Sequence record: PQ724393.1
Strand: one strand, 5' to 3'
From: a phage
Length of the DNA stretch: 64,000 nt
The translations under genes and the position numbers were made by a program. Shown one piece after another: positions 37,269 to 48,830 of the stretch (position 1 is its first letter; every line of letters begins with the position of its first letter). Under the pieces are notes generated by a model, which worked only from the letters and a program-made list of their open reading frames with translations, was not told the origin of the DNA and did not search any database.

Positions 37269-40200
37269 ATGTCTGTGCAAGCGCCTTCCGTTACTAGTTT
37301 GAGAATTGATAAACTCTCGGCTAACCATGTAAGTATTCTTTGGGATGACGTAGGCGCCAATTTCTATTATTTCGTAGAACTGGCCCAAACCAAGGATGCG
37401 GGTGAATCTATACCCGATGATAAGTTATTTTGGAGAAATTTAGGTTACACCCCGAACAATAACTGGTTCGAAGAAAGATTTATTTCTCCTAATTCGTTTT
37501 ATAAAATGCGTGTCGCTGTAGCTGCTCAAGGATTTGAACAATCTGAATGGGTTTATACAGAAGAATTCGAGACATTTTCTACTAACGCATATACCTTCGA
37601 GCATATGCGTGAATTTACTTTATCCAATAAATTCATTGAAGAAAAATTTACCAAAAATAACCAGAGTTACGTGGATTTTAATAGTGACGCTATTATGGCC
37701 TCTATGATGTCCGAAGATTTTACTTGGACTCCGGCATATTCACACCTTTCTTCAATTTCTAATTATGTATTAAAGGCTGACCGCTTCCATGAGATTCAAG
37801 GAAGTATCCAAGCTGTTTGTAAAGACCCTAATCGTTCCATTTTAATGGAGCTTGGTGGTGTACTTTACCTTTTAGAAAGATTCCAGAACACAGCTAAGGT
37901 ATCCAATGATAAGGCCCAGAACTGGCATTATATCCGTTTGTTTAATGACCGAGTAGGTAATCCAGTTTCACGTACGGCTCATTATCAAACAGACACCACA
38001 ACTTATGTTTTAGGTTATGACCGTATATTTTACGGACGTAAATCGAGCGATATCAGATGGTCTGCTGATGATGTACGTTTTAGCTCACAAGACGTGACAT
38101 TTGCTAAAATTGGTAGTGATATCGACCTTGATTTTGAAATTGAAATTTTTGGTTCTTATGCACGTTTGCCATTGGCTATTTCTACTATCGCAGAAGCTAT
38201 GTGTGCTTCGGATGATTTTATTTACGTTGCAGCCCGTGACAGAGTTTATAAAGCAAAAACTACTGATGCTCCTATTGACACCGACCCAGGTTCTCCTACT
38301 TACGGTGAAAAAATATTTGAAAGCGGATATTCGACCATAACCGGTAACCCTAAAGCAGTTTGTTATAAGTTAGACTCAATCCAAGGAAATACCTTTGCCT
38401 TAATTACAGGTGAAGTTAAAGAAGAAAGAATGGACCCTACTAAAGAAGAAAACGTGGTTGATTCTGAATCTAAAGGTGTTTATTGGTTGGATGCCGAAAC
38501 CGATACATGGACCAGAGTATTTGGTAACACTGAAGAAGAGAGACGTCGTATTGAGCACGGGTACACTAGCATGTCTACCGATGGCGAAGAAATATTCTTT
38601 AGCTCAAGTAACTTCAAATATGAAGTAGAAGTTGATAACGAATTACCTTTAGAATACCCTATTGTGGCCTCAGCGGTAAAATATGTTAAGGACGAACAGT
38701 GGATTCACGATAAACATTATCTGATGATGAGCTTTAGAGCTAACAGTAAGTCAGATTTTAAAGAATTCAAACCTGGTCGAATGGGCTATTATGCTGAACC
38801 ATTCTTTAGTTGGTCTAGACGCGACGGGACCCGTTCTTGGATTACCACAAGTAATCATGCAATGGTTGTTTATAACGATGCCTTATACCAGAAAATTATT
38901 GATTTAAACAGTGGTTCTTCTCCTGAACGTATTATTCGTGAAATTTGGGATAAAGGCTTTTGTACCGTAACATGTCCTAATATCGAATTCAATGGATTTA
39001 AAAAATACTCTTCAGGTATAATGATTCACAAATCATCAGGTGAATTGGTTGGATATTTCGAGTTCGACTACCGAGTTCGAGATGAAGTTAAAATAATTTG
39101 GAAGCCTAAAGAAATAATGTTTACGGCTGAACTCCAAAACCAAGAGCATGAAATTCCATGGACCCCTAAAGAGGAAACTGGTGAACAAGACCCTGATTTG
39201 CGTCCTTTATTGGTTAAAATGGTTCCCGATAGTTATTTGCTTCAAGATTCTAACTTTGAAAAATTCTGCGAATATTATCTCCAGTTTATTAGTGATGGCT
39301 CCGGTACCCATTATAATAATCTATTAAATCTTATTCGTAACCAATATCCTAGAGAAGAAGATGCATGGGAATACTTATGGTCTGAAATCTATAAACGCAA
39401 TATCTATTTGTCTAAAGAAAAACGCGACGAAGTAGTTCGTTTCTTCCAAGCAAGACAATCGGATTTCTGGTCTACAAAAGGTACCGAAGCTTCATATAAA
39501 TTCCTGTTTAAATTACTTTATAACGAAGATGTTGAAATTGACATCGAGTCCAAGAACTCGATTGAATATGATATCATCGTAGAATCTGACAATATCAGTG
39601 AAGATATCGTGGGCCAAACGATTTATACTCCTACAGGAAGAAGTAATGTTACTTATATAGAACGAAATTACAAAGAGGGTAAATTGCAATGGCGTTTAAC
39701 CATTCACAATCTTTTAGGCCGTTTTATAGTAGGACAAGAGATTAAATCTGAACGCACCTCATTTAAAGGTATGATAGTGCAGGGTGTACGCGGTAAAGAA
39801 TTGTTAAGTAACAATATCGATTATATTAACCGTAACCGTTCTTATTATGTTATGACTATTAAATCCAACCTCCCTACTTCTCGATACCGTAATGACGTGT
39901 TGAGATTTGTCCACCCTGTAGGATTTGGCTTTATAGGGATTACGTTGCTTTCTATGTTTGTTAACGTTGGTTTGACATTAAAGCACACGGAAACCATTAT
40001 TAATATACTTAAGAACTATAAGTGGGACTCAGGTCTTCCATCCGAGTGGTACGATAGAGTTGCTGTAATCGGATTTGATGGTAATATAGAAAGAGACCCT
40101 AGAACAGGACTTCCGGTTTATAACGTTGGGCCTAAAGCAGGCGAACCGTTCCCTATTCCTAATGATTATGATGCAGAAAATGATTTCTCTGTATTCCAAG

Positions 40201-40361
40201 GTCAATTACCTCATGAACGTATTAAAAAGCATAGTCCTTTATTTGACCAAAGTGCAGTAACATTTTCAAAATGGCGCGCTTTAGTTGACGATAGGCTTAA
40301 AGCTGATATTGGAAACCCTAGAGACCCGCAAGACCCAACTCAGGTAAAAATTGATGATTAA
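37269..40361 (+). CDS. 7: baseplate wedge initiator gp7
   Basis: 1030 aa, position and size as T4 gp7. Confidence 0.9.
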   Translation: MSVQAPSVTSLRIDKLSANHVSILWDDVGANFYYFVELAQTKDAGESIPDDKLFWRNLGYTPNNNWFEERFISPNSFYKMRVAVAAQGFEQSEWVYTEEFETFSTNAYTFEHMREFTLSNKFIEEKFTKNNQSYVDFNSDAIMASMMSEDFTWTPAYSHLSSISNYVLKADRFHEIQGSIQAVCKDPNRSILMELGGVLYLLERFQNTAKVSNDKAQNWHYIRLFNDRVGNPVSRTAHYQTDTTTYVLGYDRIFYGRKSSDIRWSADDVRFSSQDVTFAKIGSDIDLDFEIEIFGSYARLPLAISTIAEAMCASDDFIYVAARDRVYKAKTTDAPIDTDPGSPTYGEKIFESGYSTITGNPKAVCYKLDSIQGNTFALITGEVKEERMDPTKEENVVDSESKGVYWLDAETDTWTRVFGNTEEERRRIEHGYTSMSTDGEEIFFSSSNFKYEVEVDNELPLEYPIVASAVKYVKDEQWIHDKHYLMMSFRANSKSDFKEFKPGRMGYYAEPFFSWSRRDGTRSWITTSNHAMVVYNDALYQKIIDLNSGSSPERIIREIWDKGFCTVTCPNIEFNGFKKYSSGIMIHKSSGELVGYFEFDYRVRDEVKIIWKPKEIMFTAELQNQEHEIPWTPKEETGEQDPDLRPLLVKMVPDSYLLQDSNFEKFCEYYLQFISDGSGTHYNNLLNLIRNQYPREEDAWEYLWSEIYKRNIYLSKEKRDEVVRFFQARQSDFWSTKGTEASYKFLFKLLYNEDVEIDIESKNSIEYDIIVESDNISEDIVGQTIYTPTGRSNVTYIERNYKEGKLQWRLTIHNLLGRFIVGQEIKSERTSFKGMIVQGVRGKELLSNNIDYINRNRSYYVMTIKSNLPTSRYRNDVLRFVHPVGFGFIGITLLSMFVNVGLTLKHTETIINILKNYKWDSGLPSEWYDRVAVIGFDGNIERDPRTGLPVYNVGPKAGEPFPIPNDYDAENDFSVFQGQLPHERIKKHSPLFDQSAVTFSKWRALVDDRLKADIGNPRDPQDPTQVKIDD

Positions 40362-41358
40362 TTCAACAGTAATATATCGTTCTATTGTTACTTCTAAATT
40401 TAGAACGGAAAAGATGTACAACTTTTACAGAACAATCGGTGATGGTGAAGACCAGAACACGATGTATGTATCTTTCGGGAGAGCCCAACCATGGGCTCCT
40501 AACGAAAACGACCCAGGCTTTGCTCCACCTTATCCTGTAGATGATTCTGAGGGCGTAGAAGACGTCTGGACAAACATGATGGGTTGTGTTAAGGTTTATA
40601 AGAGTATGCTGGATTGTGTTGTTCCTCGCAAAGACTGGGGCGATACCTCTTATCCTAACCCTTTCACTTTCCAAATCGGTGAAATTGTAGTGGCTAACAG
40701 CCAACCTCAAAACCGTACTGATGTTGGTGCGGGTTGGATGGTTTATCGTTGTGTAGACGTGCCTGAATCAGGTGCATGTTCTATTTTGTCCCTTGATAAT
40801 AAAACCGAGTGTATTAAACTTGGCGGTAAATGGACTGCTAATGTTCCTTCAGTTAAAGCTCCAGCAGGACAAGGCGATACGGAAGGTATGGTAGACACCG
40901 GTGATGGTTACCTTTGGGAATACCTTTATGAGATTCCACCTGATGTAAGTATCAACCGTTGTACTAATGAATATATTGTAGTTCCATGGCCAGAAGAAAT
41001 TGCTGAAGACCCTGAACGTTGGGGATACGAAAACAACTTAACTTGGCAGCAAGACGATTATGGTTTAATTTATCGTATTAAAGGCAATACTATTCGTTTT
41101 AAAGCATTCTTAGATTCGGTTTACTTCCCTGAATTTAGTCTGCCTGGTAACAAAGGGTTTAGACAGCTTTCGATAATTTCTAACCCGTTAGAAGCTAAAG
41201 CTCACCCATCCGATCCGATCATTAAAGCCGAAAAAGAGTACTACGATGTTATAGACCTCTCCCACCATTCAGGTGAAATGATTTATATGGAAAACCGTCC
41301 TCCGGTTATTCGTTCCATGGACCAAACAGAAGAAATTAACATTATCTTCGAATTCTAA
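40354..41358 (+). CDS. 8: baseplate wedge protein gp8
   Basis: start at ATG 40354 (MINSTVIYR), matching T4 gp8 N-terminus. Confidence 0.9.
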   Translation: MINSTVIYRSIVTSKFRTEKMYNFYRTIGDGEDQNTMYVSFGRAQPWAPNENDPGFAPPYPVDDSEGVEDVWTNMMGCVKVYKSMLDCVVPRKDWGDTSYPNPFTFQIGEIVVANSQPQNRTDVGAGWMVYRCVDVPESGACSILSLDNKTECIKLGGKWTANVPSVKAPAGQGDTEGMVDTGDGYLWEYLYEIPPDVSINRCTNEYIVVPWPEEIAEDPERWGYENNLTWQQDDYGLIYRIKGNTIRFKAFLDSVYFPEFSLPGNKGFRQLSIISNPLEAKAHPSDPIIKAEKEYYDVIDLSHHSGEMIYMENRPPVIRSMDQTEEINIIFEF

Positions 41359-41361
41359 TAA

Positions 41362-41375
41362 GGGCCGCAAGGCCC
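41362..41375 (+). terminator. hairpin after gene 8 (weak terminator)
   Basis: GGGCC-GCAA-GGCCC followed by TTT. Confidence 0.45.
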
Positions 41376-41384
41376 TTTCGGGGG

Positions 41385-41392
41385 TATAAATA
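41385..41392 (+). promoter_or_regulatory. late promoter TATAAATA for gene 9
   Basis: exact match upstream of ATG 41419. Confidence 0.65.
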
Positions 41393-41418
41393 CAGTATAT
41401 CAATAATGAGGCATACCT

Positions 41419-42279
41419 ATGATTAAGCAAACTGGTAAGTTACTAATTGACGTCGGTGAGATTGGTAATGCTAGCACCGGCGACATTCTTTATGACGGTG
41501 GCGTTAAACTGAACACCGACTTAAACAACATCTATAATACTTTTGGTGACCAACGTAAAACAGCCCTTACGGGTGAAACCACCGGTCAAAAATTACATGC
41601 CACTGGATACTATCAAAAATTCGGCGATACCGACCAAGCGGGTTCTGTTGATTTAGGCTCTTTGGTGGATGTCGATGCTTCTACCGGTTCTATAGTTTTA
41701 ACAACCGTAAAAGGAGCTGTAGGTGAAGGTATTGAAATAATTAACTCTAATGGAAGTATTTCAGCTACTAACTATCTTGAAATCCGTATATTGGATTCGT
41801 TTTTGAACCATCCTACATCGGCCTTAAGAATAGTAACTCCTTATACTCGAGTTCTTTTATGGTGTGTAAGCGATATAAACGGTATAGCTGTATGGGATTA
41901 TTCTATTGAGAGCATGTTTGGTGACAAACGAGTACCATTAAATAGAACATATAACATTTCCAACGTACCTAGAGATATACCGGTGGTTTATTCAGGTCAA
42001 TATTCTTTAGTTAAGCTTTTGGTTACGGCAGTAAATGCCAATGAAACCGTTTATAAAGCTTCTGAATATCTTTTGTTTATGGATAACCAAGCTAAAAAAA
42101 TATATTCCACGGAATATGCTGTTATCCGTCGTGGACAAGCCACTGATGAAGACGAAATTTACAATCTCGATTTTAAATTTGATGCATCCAACTATATAGT
42201 GGCTACGGCATCATCTGAAACCCCTATGAGATTAGCAATTAAAGTCGTAGATACCCAAACTATTGGAGTCCCAGTATAA
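41419..42279 (+). CDS. 9: baseplate wedge tail fiber connector gp9
   Basis: size and position as T4 gp9. Confidence 0.85.
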   Translation: MIKQTGKLLIDVGEIGNASTGDILYDGGVKLNTDLNNIYNTFGDQRKTALTGETTGQKLHATGYYQKFGDTDQAGSVDLGSLVDVDASTGSIVLTTVKGAVGEGIEIINSNGSISATNYLEIRILDSFLNHPTSALRIVTPYTRVLLWCVSDINGIAVWDYSIESMFGDKRVPLNRTYNISNVPRDIPVVYSGQYSLVKLLVTAVNANETVYKASEYLLFMDNQAKKIYSTEYAVIRRGQATDEDEIYNLDFKFDASNYIVATASSETPMRLAIKVVDTQTIGVPV

Positions 42280-44090
42280 TGAAACAAGAATTAAAAATCG
42301 GCCAGGCCGTTGATGATGGCTCCGGAGATTACCTGCGCGCAGGTGGTCTAAAAATCAATAATAACTTTAATGAGTTATACTATCAATTAGGTGACGGAGA
42401 TAATCCTCACGCTGCTGGTGCCTGGAAACAATATTCTACTGCAGACGGTCCTTTACTTAATGCTGTTATGGGTCATAGCTATACATTGAATACCCAAGGT
42501 GGAAGGATTAACGTTCAACTTCCTAAAGGCACTCCATCAGAATATAACTTTGTAATTCGTTTACGTGACGTTTATTCTTCTTGGCAAGCTAACCCTGTGA
42601 CTATTATACCAGCCCCAGGTGATACAATTAAAGGTTCCGCTGTACAGGTTGAAATAGCTCGTAATTTTGCCGACCTTGAACTTGTTTACTGTGCCCCGGG
42701 ACGTTGGGAATATGTTGAGAACAAGCAAGTTAACCGTATTCCAAATAACGACCTCGCTACTGTAGCAACTAAACAGTTTATTGCTACTGAAGGTCAAACT
42801 GATTTCTTGGATATTTTCCCAGGCCTAACCTATAATATTTCAAGTCTTAGCGTTATCCAACGTGGTAACACCTTGTTCTACGGGGTGAATGATATATTTG
42901 ATGAAGCTACTTCTGAGTTTGGTAGCCCAGGTACAAACCCAGGCGAATTGGTTGAATTGAACGGTAAAGATATCCGTTTGAAATATCCTTGTGAAGCCGG
43001 CGATACGGTAATTATTAAATCGTATAACGATGGATTGGCCCAATGGCGCAGTTCTTATAATCGTCGTGATATTACTATTTTAGATACGACCCTTACCCAT
43101 GAAACCACAGTTAACGGTTCTAAAGTAGTATTAGACCTTTCTACCGTACAGACTATTACATCAGCAGAATTAAATGTTTCTCCTACAAGCCCTATTAACC
43201 CTAATGCTTGTCAGGTAATGCTTAATAGTACTTTATTGCACCAAGCTGGTACTGCCGGATTCCCTGCTTTCTATTGTGAAGGTGTTGATACGGATGATGC
43301 AGGCCTTTGTGCAGATTCAGGTGGTGTATGGACCCAATCTAAATCCGATTATATTTTGAATATTGCAGATGACGATAAAATCGAGTCATTTGAATTTGGA
43401 CGTAAACTGGAACATGGTGATATCCTTACTGTAATTTGGTATAACAATGATATTGGTACCACTATGACTATTGATGAGATTTTAGATACCACAAATGATA
43501 TCTATATTTCTCAAGGTCCTTCAGTATCTTTAACCGGTCGGGTTCGTATTACTGATGTGGATAATCCATTTTCTCCTAACTTTGAACCTGTAGCAGAATC
43601 TGAAGTTTCTATTAATACGGCAGCAGTGATGTTTGATTTGTTCCACCCTATTGGAACGATTTATGAGAACACCGTGAACCCTAATAACCCTGCAACTTAT
43701 ATGGGTATGGGTAGTTGGAAAAGACTGTCTGATAGTTTCCTTGTAGGTTGGTCTCCGGACGCCGATTCATTGTTCAATGCGAACAATAACGATTTAGATT
43801 CTGGCGGTGCTCCTAAATCTACTGCAGGTGGTACGGGTGGTTCTCATAATATTTCCATTAAATATGAAAACGTTCCTGAACTTAATACAGATGACAAGGT
43901 ATTAGTTGCCGATGATAACGGCCCTATTGTTATTGGCGGATGTTTGGTAGACCCGGATGCCCAAGGCCCGGCTTATACAAAATATCGTGAAGATAAAGCT
44001 ACGATAAACAAACAGCAATCTACAACGCCTATTCCTATTGGCACTTTGCCTCCATATACAACCGTTTATCGCTGGGTGAGGATTGCGTAA
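42279..44090 (+). CDS. 10: baseplate wedge and short tail fiber attachment protein gp10
   Basis: size and position as T4 gp10. Confidence 0.85.
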   Translation: MKQELKIGQAVDDGSGDYLRAGGLKINNNFNELYYQLGDGDNPHAAGAWKQYSTADGPLLNAVMGHSYTLNTQGGRINVQLPKGTPSEYNFVIRLRDVYSSWQANPVTIIPAPGDTIKGSAVQVEIARNFADLELVYCAPGRWEYVENKQVNRIPNNDLATVATKQFIATEGQTDFLDIFPGLTYNISSLSVIQRGNTLFYGVNDIFDEATSEFGSPGTNPGELVELNGKDIRLKYPCEAGDTVIIKSYNDGLAQWRSSYNRRDITILDTTLTHETTVNGSKVVLDLSTVQTITSAELNVSPTSPINPNACQVMLNSTLLHQAGTAGFPAFYCEGVDTDDAGLCADSGGVWTQSKSDYILNIADDDKIESFEFGRKLEHGDILTVIWYNNDIGTTMTIDEILDTTNDIYISQGPSVSLTGRVRITDVDNPFSPNFEPVAESEVSINTAAVMFDLFHPIGTIYENTVNPNNPATYMGMGSWKRLSDSFLVGWSPDADSLFNANNNDLDSGGAPKSTAGGTGGSHNISIKYENVPELNTDDKVLVADDNGPIVIGGCLVDPDAQGPAYTKYREDKATINKQQSTTPIPIGTLPPYTTVYRWVRIA

Positions 44091-44755
44091 TGACTTTAAC
44101 AGAAATGAAAAGCGGGTTAAAATCCCGCCTTGCCGACTTTTTAGAATTTTCTTTTACAACTAATCAACCTGCCGCAGTGGCAGGTCAACGCCCTATTGGT
44201 GGTCCATCGGCAAACCAAACCCAAAAAGGTGTTTATTACCCTACGGTCCAAAGTGCTATTGATGATATTGCTTTCCGTGCAGAACTTCCTGTCAATGCAG
44301 TGGTAACTACTACTGAAAACAGGGCACCTGGCTTTATTCAACAATCAGATAAATTAACTTTCTCCGGCTCCATTTCTTCTGGTGGCGAATTAGGCGATAC
44401 GGTTATTATTAAGGTATTCGGTTTGCCTGTTGAAGTTATTGTGGGTGATTCTTCGGTCCTGGTTGCTTCTAAAGTTAACGATGCTTTTATAAGCGCTATT
44501 GCCGATAGTTATATTTTGGCAGAAACGTCTATCGACCCTCTAGACCAGTCTACTTTAAACATTAAATATAACGACTACCAAAACCATATTTTTGAGCCAT
44601 TTAAACAAGCAGGATGCACCATTTCTCAGACTATAGTTCAACAGCCTCGCGCAGGTTATGGATACTGGGAATATTTAGGTTCTACTACAGAATCTATGAC
44701 AGGTGGAACCGTAAATGGAACAACAACCTTATATCACTATAAGCGAGTAAGTTAA
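44090..44755 (+). CDS. 11: baseplate wedge protein gp11
   Basis: size and position as T4 gp11. Confidence 0.85.
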   Translation: MTLTEMKSGLKSRLADFLEFSFTTNQPAAVAGQRPIGGPSANQTQKGVYYPTVQSAIDDIAFRAELPVNAVVTTTENRAPGFIQQSDKLTFSGSISSGGELGDTVIIKVFGLPVEVIVGDSSVLVASKVNDAFISAIADSYILAETSIDPLDQSTLNIKYNDYQNHIFEPFKQAGCTISQTIVQQPRAGYGYWEYLGSTTESMTGGTVNGTTTLYHYKRVS

Positions 44756-46287
44756 TGTCTACAAATACACTAAAACACATAAGTGATAAATCAGAATTTA
44801 AAACATTCGACCCTACCGGGTCGAATTTTGACCCCTCTATTACTAATGTCCAGGATGCATTGGCGTCTATTTCCGCTATAGGTGTTACAGGTAATATACC
44901 TTCGGCTTCTGAAACAGAACAGGGTATTATTAGATTAGCGACCCAACAAGAAGTTATTGATGGCACCGATACTTTCTCTGCAGTAACTCCGGCCACTTTA
45001 AAAGGCCGTTTAGATATTCCTACTCAAGCAACAGAAACTTATGTAGGTATCACCCGTTATGCCACTAATGGTGAAGCCATTGCTGGAACAGAAACCCAGG
45101 CTGCAATCGTAGCATCGTCTTTGAAAGCTACTATAGATTATACATTCACCAATCGTTTAGCCACAGAGAACACTACAGGCGTACTCAAGATTTCAACCCT
45201 GCCGGCCGCTCTAGCAGGTACAGATGATACGACGGCAATGACACCGCTGAAAACCGCCCAGGCAATTGGCGCTGCTACATCGGCATTACCGACTTATGCC
45301 AGTGCTACTCAAACTACTGAAGGTATTGTTAGAATCGCAACAAATGCTGAAGTGGCAAATGGCACATTGACTAATGGTGTGGCAATTTCTCCTTCTGGGT
45401 TAAAATCTTTAACTTCTACCCAAGGACGGGCAGGTATTATTAGATTAGCCACTCCACAAGAAGCTTCTGCTGGCAGTGATTCTAATATAGCTTTATCTCC
45501 TTCAACTCTTCTTTCTCGTACTGGTACTACCGGAAGAGTGGGCGTTGTTAAATTAACAACTACGGTCGGTTCTGGTGATGGAAGCACTGCATTGGCATAT
45601 AATGCTAACGTTATTTCTACCACAGGCGGCACCATTAATGGTACTTTAAACGTTAACGGTACTTTACGTCGCAATGGGCGCGATGTTGTTACTATCGACC
45701 AATTAAAAGATTCTGTCCCTATCGGTACTATTGTTATGTGGGGTGGCCAGATTAATAATATCCCTGCAGGTTGGGCCGTTTGTGATGGCGGTAACTCTGG
45801 TGAACAAGGATTCCGAAATGTAGTTGGTAGTAAATGGGGTTCAACTGGAGCACGTCCTGACTTCCGTGGATTATATCCTAGAGGTGCAAACCAGACTAAC
45901 GACGGTGGATTAAGAGAATGGGATGCCAACGTTAGAATTAGAGATGCCAAAGGTAATGATGCCAAAGGTAAACCTAAATTAGGCGTGGGTTGCGGTTCAT
46001 ATGGCCATGGTACTGTACAAGCCCAGCAGCTTCGTTTCCATAAACACGCTGGTGGTTTTGGCGAACACGACAACGCAGGTGCATTTGGTAATACCGTTCG
46101 TTCCAACTTTGCCGGTACTCGTAAAGGGCTGGACTGGGATAACCGTTCCTACTTTACAAACGAAGGATATGAAATTGACGGTTCTGGTTCACGAGATTCA
46201 AGAACTACTCTAAACAGTGAAGGGTTGGTTGGTAACGAAAACCGTCCTTGGACTATGTCCATCCTATTCATTATTAAAGTTGCTTAA
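44755..46287 (+). CDS. 12: short tail fiber protein gp12
   Basis: repetitive N-terminal fibre region; size and position as T4 gp12. Confidence 0.85.
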   Translation: MSTNTLKHISDKSEFKTFDPTGSNFDPSITNVQDALASISAIGVTGNIPSASETEQGIIRLATQQEVIDGTDTFSAVTPATLKGRLDIPTQATETYVGITRYATNGEAIAGTETQAAIVASSLKATIDYTFTNRLATENTTGVLKISTLPAALAGTDDTTAMTPLKTAQAIGAATSALPTYASATQTTEGIVRIATNAEVANGTLTNGVAISPSGLKSLTSTQGRAGIIRLATPQEASAGSDSNIALSPSTLLSRTGTTGRVGVVKLTTTVGSGDGSTALAYNANVISTTGGTINGTLNVNGTLRRNGRDVVTIDQLKDSVPIGTIVMWGGQINNIPAGWAVCDGGNSGEQGFRNVVGSKWGSTGARPDFRGLYPRGANQTNDGGLREWDANVRIRDAKGNDAKGKPKLGVGCGSYGHGTVQAQQLRFHKHAGGFGEHDNAGAFGNTVRSNFAGTRKGLDWDNRSYFTNEGYEIDGSGSRDSRTTLNSEGLVGNENRPWTMSILFIIKVA

Positions 46288-46296
46288 GGAAATAAA

Positions 46297-47841
46297 ATGA
46301 TTGACAAACTGAGTATTAAAGAACTTCCGTTTGTCGATGGTGTACCCGATGCATCCCAAGAGCGTATCCGTTGGATACGCAATGGAGAATGTATTGAAGG
46401 AGCCACGACTAAATACGGTCACGACGGTAATTTGAATGCCCCTGCTTTAGGAGTACAAACCAACGTAGTTAGATTAGAAGAAAACAGTATAGCTTCTAAA
46501 GACAAAATTAACGAGCTTGTGGATAACGTTAATTTGATTAATGAAGCCCTAGATATTTCTACTGATACGGGTGTTATTCAGCAAATTGAAAAGAACCGAG
46601 TTGATATACTGGCTGTGGATGCAAAGGCTTCCGAAACTAAACAAGAATTAGGTGATTTAACCGTTAATTTTAATTTTTTAGAAGAAGATGTAGGTTATTA
46701 CGACCCGTCTTTAGATGGCCCATATCTCACTGTCAGAGAAAATATAAATCTTCTTAAATCTGAAATTGGTCATTATGCGAACCAGGATATAAACAGCCAA
46801 CCGCTTCCTCCAGGTGAAACTTCTGAAGCCACCGGCATGAAACGACGCATTATGGATAATACCAGTGCTATTGTCGACCATTCACAACGTATAGATACCC
46901 TTGAAAAGAATTACGAAGATTCCGATGTAGGGCAGCTCGGGCTTAAGATTAACGAAATTCGTGAAGAACTAGGTCCTCATATCGATACCGTAGGTAAACA
47001 ACCAACGTATACCAGGATTTCTACTCTTGAAACTGCTGCTGTAAGCTTTAACGAATCAATAGATTCTATCAAAACCAGTATAGGTTTTAATAAAGGCCCT
47101 ATTGATACAAGAGTAACCACGCTGGAAACTAAAACTTCCACTTTAGAAAACACTGTTAATAACGGTTTGACCCCTAGAGTTACTGCAGTGGAAACCGCTA
47201 TCGGCGAGGCAGGTACCCCTACTTCTATTAATGGTAGATTAGGTGGCTTACGTACTGATGTTAATGAACTAAAAACTATAGTAGGTGCCAGTTCGTCTGA
47301 AGGGCTTCGTTTCCAGGTTTCTGATATTGACCGTAAAATTGGCGCCGATGTAAGTCCGGCTGCAGGAACAATTAATAAACGTTTGAATGACCTTACGACT
47401 CAAGGTAATACTTCGGCCTCAACTATTCAGGATTTACAGGCTGAAATTGGTAATAACCAAACCGGTATTAAAGGTTCTATTCTTAAAATTACCAACCAAA
47501 TTGAAGGAACAAACCCTAACGGTAGCACTGTAGAAGAACGAGGGTTAATAAACTCTGTTAAAGGCCTTGAAGCTCAAATGCCTACTAAATTGGGCGATGC
47601 CCCTGCTGATGGTAAATTGTACGGGCGTAAAGATGCTGCATGGGCTGAAATCCTTGGCACTACAGAAATTGATACGGTCAAAGCTTCTTTATTGGAGGCT
47701 GAAGGTAAAATCACTGCACTAGAAACTGAGTTGGCTAAACGCCCTCCTGTTGCTCCTGCGGCTGATGGACTCCCGTATGTTCTGGTTGATAACGCATGGG
47801 TGCTATTGTCAGATTTTGTGACTTTAAACCCGGCACCATAA
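46297..47841 (+). CDS. wac: fibritin (whisker, wac)
   Basis: long coiled-coil with C-terminal foldon-like GLPYVLVDNAWVLLSDF. Confidence 0.85.
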   Translation: MIDKLSIKELPFVDGVPDASQERIRWIRNGECIEGATTKYGHDGNLNAPALGVQTNVVRLEENSIASKDKINELVDNVNLINEALDISTDTGVIQQIEKNRVDILAVDAKASETKQELGDLTVNFNFLEEDVGYYDPSLDGPYLTVRENINLLKSEIGHYANQDINSQPLPPGETSEATGMKRRIMDNTSAIVDHSQRIDTLEKNYEDSDVGQLGLKINEIREELGPHIDTVGKQPTYTRISTLETAAVSFNESIDSIKTSIGFNKGPIDTRVTTLETKTSTLENTVNNGLTPRVTAVETAIGEAGTPTSINGRLGGLRTDVNELKTIVGASSSEGLRFQVSDIDRKIGADVSPAAGTINKRLNDLTTQGNTSASTIQDLQAEIGNNQTGIKGSILKITNQIEGTNPNGSTVEERGLINSVKGLEAQMPTKLGDAPADGKLYGRKDAAWAEILGTTEIDTVKASLLEAEGKITALETELAKRPPVAPAADGLPYVLVDNAWVLLSDFVTLNPAP

Positions 47842-47846
47842 TAAAA

Positions 47847-47864
47847 GGGCTTCGGCCCTTTTTT
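47847..47864 (+). terminator. rho-independent terminator after wac
   Basis: GGGC-TTCG-GCCC then TTTTTT. Confidence 0.75.
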
Positions 47865-47866
47865 GC

Positions 47867-47874
47867 TATAAATA
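47867..47874 (+). promoter_or_regulatory. late promoter TATAAATA for gene 13
   Basis: exact match. Confidence 0.65.
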
Positions 47875-47895
47875 CGGTTATTAGAGGAATAAAAC

Positions 47896-48828
47896 ATGGC
47901 AAGCGAATCATTTAACCCTAAGCAACTCAAGGACGCTATTCTGCGCCGCCTGGGTGCACCGATTACAAATATTGAAGTAACTACAGACCAAGTATACGAT
48001 TGCATCCAGCGCGCTCTAGAGCTCTACGGTGAATACCATTATAACGGGTATAACAAAGGTTATCAGGCTTTTTATATCGGCCATGACGATGAAGAAAAAT
48101 TCCGTAATGGTGTATTTGACCTTAAAGGCCGTAATATATTTGCGGTGACACAAATTTTGAGAACCAATGTAGGTTCTTTAACATCTATGGATGGGCAAGC
48201 AACTTATCCATGGTTTACTGATTTTGTATTAGGCTTAGCTGGTATTAATGGTGGGCTTGGGTCTTCATGTAACAGTTTTGGACCTAATGCCTTCGGCGCC
48301 GACCTTGGTTATTTTACCCAACTAATGCAATATCGTTCTATGATGCAGGACCTTTTGGTTCCACTACCTGATTATTGGTATAACGATGCCACTGAACAGT
48401 TGAAGGTAATGGGTAACTTTGTTAAAGGCGATTTTATTGTAATCGAAGTTTATACTCGTTCTTTTAATGGAGTCGATTCTATGGTAGGAAACACCGTAGG
48501 CTATGGTTATGCTTCGGCTTGTGGTGAAAACGAATGGAGCCCAGGTGCTATTTGGGATAACCCGGCGCGTCGTATTTCCGGTATGCGTGTAGGCGAGGAC
48601 CTTGGTCTTCAAGACGGTGCATATAATAACCGTTGGGTTAAAGATTATGCCACGGCATTGGTTAAAGAAGTCAATGGCAATATTCTAGCCAAACACCAAG
48701 GCATGCAACTTGCAGGTGGAACCACCGTAGATGGTATTCGATTGATTGAAGAAGCTCGTTTAGAAAAAGAACGACTTCGCGAAGAATTGGATTTGCTCGA
48801 CCCACCAACACCTATTTTAATTGGATAA
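47896..48828 (+). CDS. 13: neck protein gp13
   Basis: size and position as T4 gp13. Confidence 0.85.
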   Translation: MASESFNPKQLKDAILRRLGAPITNIEVTTDQVYDCIQRALELYGEYHYNGYNKGYQAFYIGHDDEEKFRNGVFDLKGRNIFAVTQILRTNVGSLTSMDGQATYPWFTDFVLGLAGINGGLGSSCNSFGPNAFGADLGYFTQLMQYRSMMQDLLVPLPDYWYNDATEQLKVMGNFVKGDFIVIEVYTRSFNGVDSMVGNTVGYGYASACGENEWSPGAIWDNPARRISGMRVGEDLGLQDGAYNNRWVKDYATALVKEVNGNILAKHQGMQLAGGTTVDGIRLIEEARLEKERLREELDLLDPPTPILIG

Positions 48829-48830
48829 TT

